Shown in pieces: positions 52,606 through 64,000 of a stretch of DNA of 64,000 nt. A program made the position numbers and the translations under genes. Source of the stretch: Trichosphaerium sp. ATCC 40318. Taxonomy: Eukaryota; Protista; Tubulinea. The number at the start of each line of letters is the position of its first letter. Within the stretch, counting starts at the first letter, position 1. The stretch spans positions 62,001 through 126,000 of the forward strand of contig JALMLS010000175.1 in the NCBI GenBank assembly GCA_038496445.1, in the 5' to 3' direction. The notes below the pieces were generated by a model. That model did not search any database, was not told where the DNA came from, and worked only from the letters and a program-made list of their open reading frames with translations.

Positions 52606-53072
52606 TTAGAGCTTTGATTTCTTCCATTTGGAGCCAACGAGTGTTTGTAGTTCCTTTATGTATTGTTTCATTGCGTCCTTTTTTGACATGTCACCTAGTT
52701 TTTTCCACGCGTCCCTACAGTGTGGTAAGAACGGTGTGAAGGTTGGGTTACGTTTAAATGCTGAGGTGGCTCTTTTTTTTACTGTTCGCTAATATACTAA
52801 CCATTTAGCGCGTGCTACCATCTTAAACCTGCTAGGTCTAATAGTACGATGAGTTTTCGTGTACGCACTACGCTTCACTGTCGTACTGCTTAGTTGTATT
52901 TGGTCCGCGTGTGGCTTGTTTAAACAAGGCGTAAAACCTTAGCCTCATTTGATTTGTAATATTTGGTATTGGCGGACCTGTAACGCCGTTAAAACATCTT
53001 GTATGGTATTAACAGTATTAAATTACCTTTTGTGATGTAATGCAAAGCTTCCTTGAAGTCACTGTCAGACAT
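52606..53072 (-). CDS. ACBP: Acyl-CoA-binding protein (single ACB domain) ending in SKL, 4 exons
   Basis: Spliced: MSDSDFKEALHYITKGPPIPNITNQMRLRFYALFKQATRGPNTTKQPSRFKMVARAKWDAWKKLGDMSKKDAMKQYIKELQTLVGSKWKKSKL*. Absent from the ORF track. Confidence 0.93.
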
Positions 53073-53180
53073 GTCGGTTGAGTTTTTGATTTTTTGTATG
53101 TTGAATTGGTTTTACTTCTTCCATTTCTTTGATTAGTTCACAAAAACGCATACATACACTCGCCAAAGCGTACAAACGCC

Positions 53181-54135
53181 ATGGAAATAATAGTAACAGA
53201 TTATGAGTCGATATTCGACAATACAAGGTTGTTTTTGGTTGTACATTGCCTATTAATTATATACAGGGATACTACTAACTGTCAGTTCGATTTTGAAGAA
53301 GAACTGGATAAGAGAGACGCAAATGACCCTGCAATGCAAGATACTGGCGAAGGAGGAGGTAAAATCGCCAATACAATCAATTACTCTAACGTTTGTAGTA
53401 TGTGTATTTTGGTTGCGCGGACACTGCCTAAAAGGCGCTCAGTGCACATACAGACACGTCAAGTACGTCATACAAACCTTACTAACTTTGTTTTACTGAT
53501 TATAATCAAAGAGGCGATAGATCTGTAGTGTGCAAGCATTGGCTTCGTGGCCTATGTAAAAAGGTACAATAACCGATGTTAGTACATTTTTACGTTGACA
53601 CGTTTGTACAGGGTGCACAATGCGAGTTTTTACATCAATACGACCTAGATAAGATGCCTGAATGTTTTTTCTTCTCTAAATTTGGTACGACACCGAAATA
53701 TAGTCCAAATTATATCGCTGACAGGTTGTCGTCAAAAAGGTCATTGCACAAATCCTGATTGTATTTATTTACATGTTAATCCTGAAGATAAGATTAAAGA
53801 GTGTCCTTGGTATGCAAGAGGTTTTTGCAAGCATGGTACGTAATTATTGTTTCATTTGAAGTTGAAAATAACATGTGGCGTTTGCTATAGGTCCTCGTTG
53901 TAGGAATAAGCATACATTAAAATCTCCTTGTCCTAATTACGTTCTTGGATTTTGTCCTAATGGTTCAGATTGCAAGTTTGGACAGTATCCTACGCGGTTG
54001 TTTTCTATCATTTCAAACTTTTTTTTTTCCTGAAGAGTAAATTATTTATTTTCCTTAACATGTCAAAGTCCAAAGTATGAATTACCGAAGGCAGAAGATA
54101 CTCCCAATAGAAATACATACCAACACTATAGATAA
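53181..54135 (+). CDS. CPSF4: Cleavage and polyadenylation specificity factor 30 kDa (Yth1), CCCH zinc fingers
   Basis: [70 protein letters not shown]. Confidence 0.96.
53985..54068 (+). other. U12-type (minor spliceosome) GT-AG intron in CPSF4
   Basis: Donor GTATCCT, branch TTTTCCTTAAC at 54049-54059, AG 9 nt later with no polypyrimidine tract. Removal restores CKFGH-PKYELP. Confidence 0.85.
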
Positions 54136-54376
54136 AAGTGTATGTAAAAAGTGATAGATTGACTAAAAAAAAAATTGTAAATAAAATTTTTATTTTATAT
54201 TATTCCTAAATAGCCTCCAAACGATTCAAATTACTTCAACTACTCTGTGTTAAAACAAAAACTATCATAGAATGACCACAGTTAGCGATAGTCCATAACA
54301 CATACAACAAACCGAGTTTTCAATAAAACTGCTGGTCAACAAGCGTAAACAATCGATCAAAAAGACAGTAACCGCT

Positions 54377-55638
54377 ATGGAATCCCTGAAAGTCTCTAAA
54401 AGCTCTACCAAACGTATCTTTATCCCACAAACAAGCCTACACGAAACAGGTTCGGCGTTAAATTTAGTCTGTTGGTAATCAAGAAGGCTAAGCTTACAGT
54501 TATAGGCTTCAATGACTTACCATATGAGATGATAGCGTTACAAGGTGAATCTTTATCATGTCATGATTTGTTTTGTTTTCGCGTATCCTGTAAACACGTA
54601 TGTATGGCCTTAGGAACAATGTCAATCATAAAGGTATGGCTACTTGCTCTATTTGATTGTGACATTTGTCGACAGGATAGTTTTAAGAAATTCAAAGTTC
54701 TCCAAAAACGCGTTAACTCAGTTGTCAAACACACAGCAAGTTACGCTACTGTAAGTGGTTTGAGAAGAGCGTGTGGTTGTCAAACTAAGATTATCGGGAC
54801 TCTATCGGATGGCAGGGTATGCTACAAGAGCGTAATGCAAAAAAAGTACTTATTGTGATGTTTGTTTTAGGTTCTTCTTCATATGTATAAACATGTCTGT
54901 GCTCATCAACAAGCGCATTTTCTAGTAGCAGTCGATGTTGAAAATGATGTATCCGAGCATTTGTTTGACTTCCCACAGCATCTTTCTCATAAAACAGCTC
55001 CGAAAACTCGCATAGCTTTGGGGAATTCTAATGAAGTTGTTGCTGTGCTTCCGAGCTACTGTTGTGCAATACACAACATTCTTGATAACAAAGTTGCGCA
55101 TACCCTAACTCCATGGGGTCCTACTATTCGTAAACTATGTACGTCAATGTGTTTTGACGATCGTGGATACATTGTTGCAGCATTTGGTTCGAATATATGG
55201 CAAATTAATCAAACAGGTTGTGTTTGTATTAACACCGGAAAGGGATTCGTACTACAGGACGATACGGTGATGGAAAATCTCAACTCATACCCGAGTAGAA
55301 AGAACGCATTCGTTCTTAGTAGAGGCTATTACATTGAAAAGTGTACAGTAGACGATGGATGTTTTTCAAGAACCAAAGTTGCTTCACGTGATGAAAGTAT
55401 TGCAGGCTTGGCAGTTGACCCTCATGGTCACGTGTTCGTACTTGTCTCTTACAAAAAGACTCAACTATACCTACGAAAAGTTTACAAAACTGGGCAGGTG
55501 TCAACGTTACAGCTAGACGCGAAAATAACCTTTTCTGTTGGCGGTTGCAACGACGTAAAACTGTTGTACAAAAAACACTGTCTACTGATTGTGATGGGCA
55601 ATGCAGCAAGACTTAGATGTTGCAAAGTACTACTTTGA
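54377..55638 (+). CDS. F-box protein with a C-terminal beta-propeller (NHL-like) region
   Basis: FNDLPYEMI..LSCHDLFCFRVSCK (F-box); SMCFDDRGYIVAA, GLAVDPHGHVFVL. Confidence 0.7.
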
Positions 55639-55779
55639 CATGTATTTGATCAGATTCAAATAAAGATTAGTTCGTTTTTAGCTTTGATGGACAGTCCTGA
55701 CTTAAAACTGTGCGAGTTTAAGCGATAAATACGTTTTAAGTTATTCCGTTTTAGTTCAGAATCATTAAGCTGTGATGTG

Positions 55780-58700
55780 ATGGAAGCGTTTGGACAATAT
55801 GCGCTTCTATCGTTCGGTTTTGGAGGATGCGGGCAATTGGGCGTTGGCGATAAATCAAAAACATTTATTAGTTCAAGATCGCTTCACGTTGATAGTCTGC
55901 AAGGCAAGGAAGTACTTCAAGTGGCTTGTGGAGGTAATTTTTCGGTTTTTTTAATTCGGAAGTCGCTGATACCTTTTTGGTATTTCCTTCGCCCACACTA
56001 TCGTTTGTTGGCCATAAATCTGTTAATTATTTGCGCGTACAGTATTAATTATGTCAAGGGTTATTTTCACTGATGCTAACGCAACAACGAGAGCTCTACG
56101 GGTGGGGTGATACATATGGGATGCTTCCCAGACTTTTAAGCTCGCTACATGGAAAAAACTTGAGGGGCATAGCAGCTGGTACTGTTAGTGCTGCGTCATG
56201 GACAGCGAAAGGACAATTGTACACCTGGGGTCACTGTAACGATGAAGGTACATTTTTTTAATTCAATTACGCTCAATTCTACCCACAAACGCATAGATTC
56301 TGTACCTTCAACATCTAGCATGCGTCTATGGGGACCAGATATTGTACAAATGCCAGCAAACCGTGTGGTCGTTTCAGCAGCATGTGGTGCTGGTCATGTC
56401 ATTATCCTATGTGCTAATGGTAACCTTGTTTTTCTTTTTAACTGCAATCAGTATTTAACTTTTACTAGGTGATTTATTCTCTTGTGGGTCTAATGAAAGA
56501 TTGCAATTGGGTGTATCTTCAGCTGAAGCAAGAGTTGATTCACCTGAACGTATAGATACATGTTTACAGGTAAGTACAGTAGAAGAAATTACCATTTAAT
56601 TCTGACGTTTCATAGAATGGTGAAATGGTAACAAACCTAAAATTTCGTGCTGTTGCCGCATCTGGGCAGCACTCCATGGCTATAACTGTTGATGGAAACC
56701 TATATGCATGGTAACGAACATGTAAAAATATACAAGCGAACTCACATGTTTAATAGGGGTGACAATACGCATGGACAACTTGGAATTGAAAAATCTAATA
56801 ATTGTGTTCCTACTTGTGTTGATGTTAAAATGTTCAGCAATTTTGTCTCGAAAGTAGCGACTAGTGATACACATACATTAGTAATAACACGTGATCACCA
56901 ACTCTACTCTTTTGGTAGAGGACTTTATGGCGAAACAGGTAAGCTACCTAAGACTCCTGTCAGGTTTTTATTTTGAATAAATATTGAGTTTTTGTTTGTA
57001 GGTCAAGGCGATTATAATGACATATGCCCTCCCAAAAAGTCTTTATGCCTAAAGATGATAACGTAGTAATAATTGCAAGTGTAGGAGGAGCAAGCAAATC
57101 TTCACATTCGATAGTATGCACAACAAAAGCTATCTACGGTTTTGGTACATTTTTTTCGTGATATTTCCTTTTGATAGTAACAAACAATACATTAGGTTCA
57201 AATAGCATGGGTCAATTGGGTTTACCATACTTGGGCTTGTTCAATACACCACAGAAGATAATGGTAATGAAGATATTTCAAACAAATCTTTTTTAGAGTT
57301 ACGGCAGACCGTTCGTTCTCTAATAGCTTGTACATAGGATATACCACGTGATCGGCTCGTATCAATGTCTTGTGGTACTCTACATACAACGATTTGTGTT
57401 AAAGAAGAAATTACTAAGTTACAAGAAGAAGGACCCTCCAAAGGTTTGTTGTTAGTACAGTTTGTAATATTAATAATGCCTCTACAGTGAATGAAATGAT
57501 ACTAAAAGAAGATGATAATAATGGATATGATTGCGAAGTTGAAGAACAACCTAGTTATGATCGCGAAGTTAAAGTACAACCTGTTTATGAGTCCGAAGTT
57601 GATGAACAACCTGTTTATGAACAGCCTGGATATTATTCTGAAGTTGAAGAACAGCCTGGTTTACTACTGAAAGCCCCGAGTCGTGTTCAAGCAAACTCTA
57701 TTGTTTCCTATGAAATATGCAATGGTGTGACGACATTTAAAGTTAGCCAACAGCAATCACCATTTATACAACATCCAAATACAACAATGCCCAGCGTTAT
57801 CCCTAAGATTACAAAGAACCACGTTTATCAAGTAGCAGCTGCGATGTCTGTTGATAAGTTTGCTGTACCTCATTTGGTAAATAATACTTCATACGATGAC
57901 TCTCTTCCTAGTACGTCGTTTTGCGCTTTGTATGAAAGTGTGTTTTTTAAAGTAGTTTTTATTAGCTCCTTTCACTTCAATGGAACAGCCATCTTCTGTT
58001 CGTAGTGTTGCTACATCAGCTCCTAAAAAGTTTATAAAGAGGGGAAAGTCACTTTCTAATTCGGAGAATATTTTTGAAAAAAGAAAGAGAAAAGAGACAT
58101 TGCCTATATCTCATAAGATGTCTATAAATACATCAAATATAACTGATAGATATAAATATGAAACACGTGCTTTAGAAAAGAGACCTGGAATTGCACTGTG
58201 GAAGAACATGTCTTCAAGAAATGTACAAAGTAAGTTTCCGTACACTTATTACTTTTTTTTTTTCATATGGTACTTTTTATCTTTGGAACTTTTCTGCGGC
58301 TTGTAATGTTTTTCTATTGCACCCTCATTGATGAATTTACTTCTTAAGCGTCGTTTAATAGAAATAATTCCGACGTAGTTCTTCTTATGAAGTCGAAAAC
58401 TTGCCGCTTTTTTTTTTGGTTTTGTAACTAATTGTACTATTACCAGGTTCGATTTCACATACACCAAATGGCCCTAAAGTTAATGATGGAGTTAGAGAAT
58501 GGAATGCAGAGTTCCAGGATTTATTATCCTCTCCTGATTCACCTGAAAAGTTTCGTTCCCTCGCAAAACTCGCTTCTGATTTTGCTTATTGTGCCGAAAC
58601 TTATGGTAGAATTATAATCACTGAACTTTGGCTTTCTACTGACAAAAAGATTATAAAACCTATGGTAATCACTTACTACTAGTTGTTTCCTATGGAATAT

Positions 58701-61700
58701 CTAATACAACTTAATAGACCAGTGCTCTTGGTGGTATAGCAGGAGGCGAGAAATTCGTTGTTCAAGGTATTTTCTTCAAATTTGCTGTTTGCAGAAATCA
58801 GAATATGAAAAACCTGTACGGGGACGATGAATGGGCTATGAAGAGTGGCGCTGCAGAACTAAGAGCGCTATCTTCAATTTGTAACGGTACTACCCTTGTA
58901 ATCGACAAGATCTTGTACTAACTCTTATTAAAGCGAATGTCAAAGGCATATGCGTTCCGTTGTCTTGTATTATAGATTATAGAGGTTATCGCTTGGTTGC
59001 CTACGCTCTCTTACCAATTGAAGGAGACCGTACACTAAAGTATGGAAGGTACACAGATGACATGTTGTCCAAGGTAATATCAACTAATCCTTCTTGTTTT
59101 TATCTAGTCCTGATGGTGGATTTACTGTTCGAAGAGGAAATCCAGAACTCCATTCTATGATGGCTAAGCTCGGGAAGAAGCTTAATATTAAGGGCCACCA
59201 TGTAGGCAACGCCGATCCAGCGTTTATTATTGGCCCTGCTGACATAGGTAAATCACAACTGCTTACTAAGCCGTACTTGTGGTTTAATGTTTTTTATTGT
59301 AATAGAATGTCACTTGGGCGACGATGATAGATATTATATAGTAGATGCAGCACGGTTATTCCCACCAGAGGCCGTATCTTCATCCAAGTCAAAAAAAAGA
59401 GGTAACAGGGGAACACGATAAACACTTTCACTTTTTTGTTTGCAATCAAATAAACTCACTAATATGTCATTAACAGGGTCACACTTGTATCAATTTTTGA
59501 GACCTGAATTGGTTAAAAGTAGCAATCAAGGTCCTTTGAGTACGTGATTATTTGGTACTGAACACGTGTGCTTACAGGGAAAAACCAGGTTCTGATGCGT
59601 TTACAAATTTTCAGTCTACTACTTCAGAACATAAACAAGAGGCTATTGATAATAAGGAGAGTGTCAGATGTGTTACAGAGCGCTTATACAAGAAGGTAGT
59701 AAGGAGATATGCAGCTCACATGGAAAATGAGTTTTCTCAATGTCACGATAAGAAAGCAGTAAGTTATAGCTTGTTTTTGTTTCAGTACAACGTTCTAACT
59801 TTCTAATTTTAACTTTAAGGGATCAAAGATACTTGCAGGAAACGTTAGACCTTCTCAACTCCATAAAAAGGGAATAAATGTTAGACATCTAGGTAGACTA
59901 AGGCAATATCTTACGCTACCTGAATCTCGTATAGTTGTTTTGCTTGAAGGTATGATTTTGTGTTTGAAGCTACTTTTATTTCATACCTAACTAACGCCAT
60001 CTGTAGTTGTCGCTAGGACTCTTAAAAACTTGCTACGTCAGCAACTACGAGAGACTATTCGAGCATTTAAGGTAGCTGCACATGAGCCTTGTTTACAGGT
60101 TATTCAAGATTTTGTAAATTTTATTCTTGGTAACCGTAGCGACTTGCGTTCAGCTTCGCGTCTATTCTGGAGAGATCTCAAACGTGCGTAAAAATACAGT
60201 TTCATACAAGAGCTGACTGTAGTTTAATATAGAGGAGATTCAAGATAGGTTTCCTTTTACATTCAACAAACGTGAACTAAAGGATGACTTTCAACTTTAT
60301 GATGCTTTAAAACCGCACATATTTACCTTACTAATGAGGCTGCAAGAGCTAGCTCATTTCAGATTCAGTAGAGCTGCTATAACAGATTTAAAAGAACGAC
60401 CAAATTTTTTCAACGCGGTACTTGAACTCTATGCAGAAAGCTCATGTTAAAACTTTTTTTACACAGGTCGATTCAGATATACATGAACTTAACGTCAAGG
60501 TTAAGCAACTCAATGTAATATACAGTTCCAATGCTTGCGCTTTTATGTTAGCAGCACGTCAAGCAGGCGAATCAGCGTCACATGGAACACTTGAGGAGTC
60601 TGATAGACTAAGAAAGCTTGGTGATATTTATTACAAAAAAGCAACAAACACATCGAGTATCAGCTTTGATACCAAGTATTCTTGGTCTGGTTATCTTCTA
60701 GATATTGCAAAGCAACAAACAGTGGTAAGTACCCTATTCATCAGCAATTCCACGAATGACACGTGATAATTCTTTTTGGAAGCTGTGCTTTGTACTGACT
60801 GCGAGTTTTAGCCGTACAAAGCCTTGACTCTTTTGGAACAAGGTGTAGCTGTTATCAAAGAAGCTATAGAGGAAAGCCCTGATGTTAGTAAAGCACATAA
60901 ACGTCTAGGCATTTTAATTTGCCGTATTGCGTCGTACACGCGCAGTCAAGAGTCTAGAACTGAACGTTTTAAGGCTGCTGCTAAGCACCTTGAACAAGCT
61001 GTTGTTTTGGAATCTGATTGCTTGACCAAATACACACAACACGCACTACGAGACCAAGGAGAATCTCTAGCACTGTGGACAAGGTAAGAAGACCTCTTTT
61101 CTTATTTTTCATTTGTTGTGTTTGATTGATTAATTACATGTTTAGGATTGCACTTGAGAGCGATGCGTTCCTTCGGTTAATACATTCCAAAGACTATATG
61201 TCAAAGTTTATTATCTCAAGGCTTGACTTATCATTATCAAAACACTCTCTTAATGATGATGCTCTTCGTTTCTTACTCACTGCGTGGGGTACTAAGATAC
61301 TTGCATTGAACTTGAGAGGATGTGTTGAGTTGACGAATAATGCTTTACTGATAATACAAGACAAGTGTCCTCATTTATCTGAAGTGAATTTGGGTCAGTG
61401 TCCTAAAATTGATGGGCGTGATATTGTAGAGTTTACACAAGTTCTTACAATACAACGTATTACATTACCTTTTACATCTAAGACTATGAGATGGAAGGAG
61501 CTTATTAATAAGTATAGACCTAAAACTATGGTACGTTTGTCACCACAGAAAAGAAAACATTTTTGGTTCTTTTTAGTTGTTATATTGTATCACAACACAG
61601 TATACGTCATCCATATGCCATTAATGACTGTGGATGTCATCTTTTGTTACTAAAATTCTTGATCGAAGGCCGTGCAAATGAGATTTTTTAATGGCTCGTT

Positions 61701-62408
61701 CAATCTCTACTTTAAATTTTTGTATTGTCTTTTAAAAAAAATTTTAGGTTACCATTGATACACCAATGGCAATGACTTCAGAGGCTTTGGATCTGTCTAC
61801 AGATTCTAACAAACTTCGACTACTTGAACTTATACTTAAGCAAGTACTTAGTGACCTTATTAAAGGTATAAGAAGTTCTAAGCAGTTAGATCATGTTCCT
61901 GTATCTTTCCTATCTCAAAGCCTTGAATCACTCATGAGGAACATTGAAGATCTCCCTTTTATGCCAAAAATTCATAGATTAATGGCTTATGCATATCTCG
62001 CGTCCAACGCTTGTCCACAACACTTTAGGATACTTGTACGCTTTAAAAATCAACAAAGGAGAAAACTTTAGTGCTTTTTTTGTCGAAATTGTTTGACGGT
62101 TTGCACGCTTCACATGCGAATAGTTTTTGGTTTGTTTGGTTTTCTTCCAAGTAACTTTCCTTGTTTTTTCTTGTTTCGTACAACAAAGTTCATGGTTAAC
62201 TATAATGCAGGAGTCATTGTTGAATGTTGGTCAGCCGTTGATAAGAGCTTGGGCTATAGTTTGTTTAATGTCTGGAAGGTCTTCGAAGGCCTTAAAGATA
62301 ATTAAGAAGCATGGTAAGAAGGAAAAAGATTCTTTAGTACAGAGTGCTGTTAATGGAGCATCAACAGCATATATTGTACGTGGTGTTTATGTACAGAAAC
62401 GCTTTTAA
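55780..62408 (+). CDS. Large protein: RCC1 repeats, low-complexity linker, CLU domain, TPR-like helices, LRRs
   Basis: RCC1 GQLG/VACGGNFS/GDNTHGQLG; CLU EWNAEFQ, GGIAGGEKF, IIDYRGYRLVA, RYYIVDAARLFPPE, LRPELV, LHKKGINVRHLG, ARTLKNLLR; LRR LNLRGCVELTNNAL. The 3' exons are uncertain. Confidence 0.75.
57525..57660 (+). repeat. ~30-bp coding tandem repeat (YxxEVEEQPx)
   Basis: YDCEVEEQPS YDREVKVQPV YESEVDEQPV YEQPG YYSEVEEQPG. Confidence 0.85.
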
Positions 62409-62726
62409 TAGATTAAAAAAAATATGAGAAAATCAAAAAAAAAAGTACAAACAATAAAAAGTGTATTATAGCAATAGAGTGCAGATTAATCTTATGGGCT
62501 GTACATATCCATTAAATACTAACTCGTGTATATCTTTCTTTAAAAGTGTTGTATAATGTAATACAAATGTTGCTTCAACGAAGACGTGCAAAAAAAGTCC
62601 AACTTTTTCAAGCTTGTTATTTTTTTGTTAACTAAAGTATTTACGCTTGCTATTGAGCGTAGCGCCCAAGTAGAGTTTAACCTAAAGATTGTTTTCAACA
62701 AAAAAAGCGCTAGCTTGTGTCACAAT

Positions 62727-64000
62727 ATGGCCTTCGTCAATTTGTGTTTATTGCTGTTAATTGGCTTTTCATGTTGTTTTTCTCAACGCACGTGTATAAG
62801 AGATAAGTTTCCAAGGAGGTACAAATTTGTTTTCTGTTTTTCTGTTATTTTACTTATTATCTAGCGACTGTGGATACATAGGTATAGATGAGAAAGAATG
62901 CGAGGACAGAGGTAAACTTCTAGGTGTTTTTCGAAAAAAAACTTTTCGTATTCTTCCAAACTTACATTTCGACTCTTAAAAACGCATCTCGTAGGATGTT
63001 GTTGGCATCCTCTTGATAACCAGCCTTACTGCTTTCACCAGAATGGTTATAATTGCCAAAACTATAAAGTAGCAAGCAAAGAAACGACTTCAAATGGCGC
63101 TGATTTGCTTCTTGAACTCCAAGGTGATGGTTGCCAGCTATATGGTCCAGACGTAAAGCAAATACAAGTTAGTTTGTACCATGAAACAGGCACGTGTTAT
63201 TACATAACTCCACACGAACAGTTAACTCATGAGAACTCGCAGAACACAGAACAAGAATTAAGATTTTTGATCCAAACGAAGAAAGATATGAAATTCCAAA
63301 TGAGGTTTTACCACGTGAGACCATTACAGCTATGCCTAAAAACGTTGATGTGGATGTATCATTTACGGAGAATCCTTTCGGGTTTGCGGTCACTAGAGGT
63401 ACAAAATGCGGTTTTCGTTGCTATTCTCATTTTTTTCAGTTGAAGATGATGTAACTCTTTTTAACTCAACTACAACGCTTGACTTGCCATACTTTAATGG
63501 CTTGATATTTGAGAATCAGTATCTAGAACTTTCTACAATGTTCCCAGAACCAGAGTTTCACATCTACGGACTTGGTAAATACAATAAAACAACAAAAAGA
63601 AAAACGCATTAATGCTCCTTTACAAATAGGTGAAAAAGTGAGACCTTTGGCACTTGATGCACCTCGCACATATACACTATGGAATGTTGATGCTGCTACA
63701 CCAAGAAACCAGGTATAACTGTTTCTAAGCGCATGCTAATTTGGTTAATTTCTAGAACGTTTATGGAAGTCACCCTTTCTATCTTCAAGTGTTAGAATCT
63801 GGAAACGCTCATGGTGTCGTATGTACCCATTTAACATTTAGAATTTAAAGGAAGTTTAGCTATTGCTTAATAGTAATGGTATGGATGTAGATATTAATCC
63901 TAAATACCTAACGTTCAAGGCTATTGGCGGGTACAAAACAAAGAAAAATCCAAGAATGTATTATATCTTATTACCTTTAGTATTCTTGATTTCTATTTCT
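62727..64000 (+). CDS. GH31 lysosomal-type alpha-glucosidase with an N-terminal trefoil domain, partial
   Basis: Signal peptide, DCGYIGIDEKECEDRGCCW..PYCF, LIFENQYLELST, IYGLGE, YTLWN, NVYGSHPFYL, LLNSNGMDV, IGG; runs off the window. Confidence 0.93.

Noticed and set aside
52838-52887. ACBP intron with complementary ends (GTACGA..TCGTAC), introner-like
   Set aside because: A single instance; other introns show no shared TIRs or sequence similarity.
1-64000. CRISPR arrays, prokaryotic operons, intact transposases or reverse transcriptases, alternative genetic code
   Set aside because: None seen. The window is intron-rich eukaryotic DNA and conserved genes translate in the standard code. TGA is used as a normal stop elsewhere (e.g. 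28430, 55638), so the selenoprotein UGA is site-specific recoding.

Overview
AT-rich, gene-dense eukaryotic nuclear DNA with many short (~40-90 nt) spliceosomal introns, so the ORF track shows only exon fragments. Gene content (SHK-type TKL kinase + SH2, CLU-domain protein, CotH protein) suggests an amoebozoan-like protist. I spliced about 26 protein genes by eye, including Dispatched-like, LTN1, PCBD, GPN2, H2B, TRAPPC6, Ras, PRMT, NHE, POLR3B, SET, GT64, ACBP, CPSF4, F-box and GH31. There is also one intact tRNA-Ser(GCT) and two truncated copies. The top finding is a hidden 4-exon, 91-aa selenoprotein gene (18913..19319, minus strand). Its CxxU motif forms only on splicing, and a canonical type II SECIS lies in its 3' UTR; beyond the motif it does not look like a classical SelW/T/H. 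Other notable items: an intron-containing alpha/beta hydrolase resembling the Vibrio MARTX ABH effector, an LTD-CotH-FN3-mucin-TM receptor-like gene, a RhoGAP-dead/pseudokinase/SH2 scaffold, a U12-type intron in CPSF4, several GC-AG introns, a histone 3' stem-loop and an ACBP ending in SKL. All exon models and family assignments are by eye and from memory, not from database searches.
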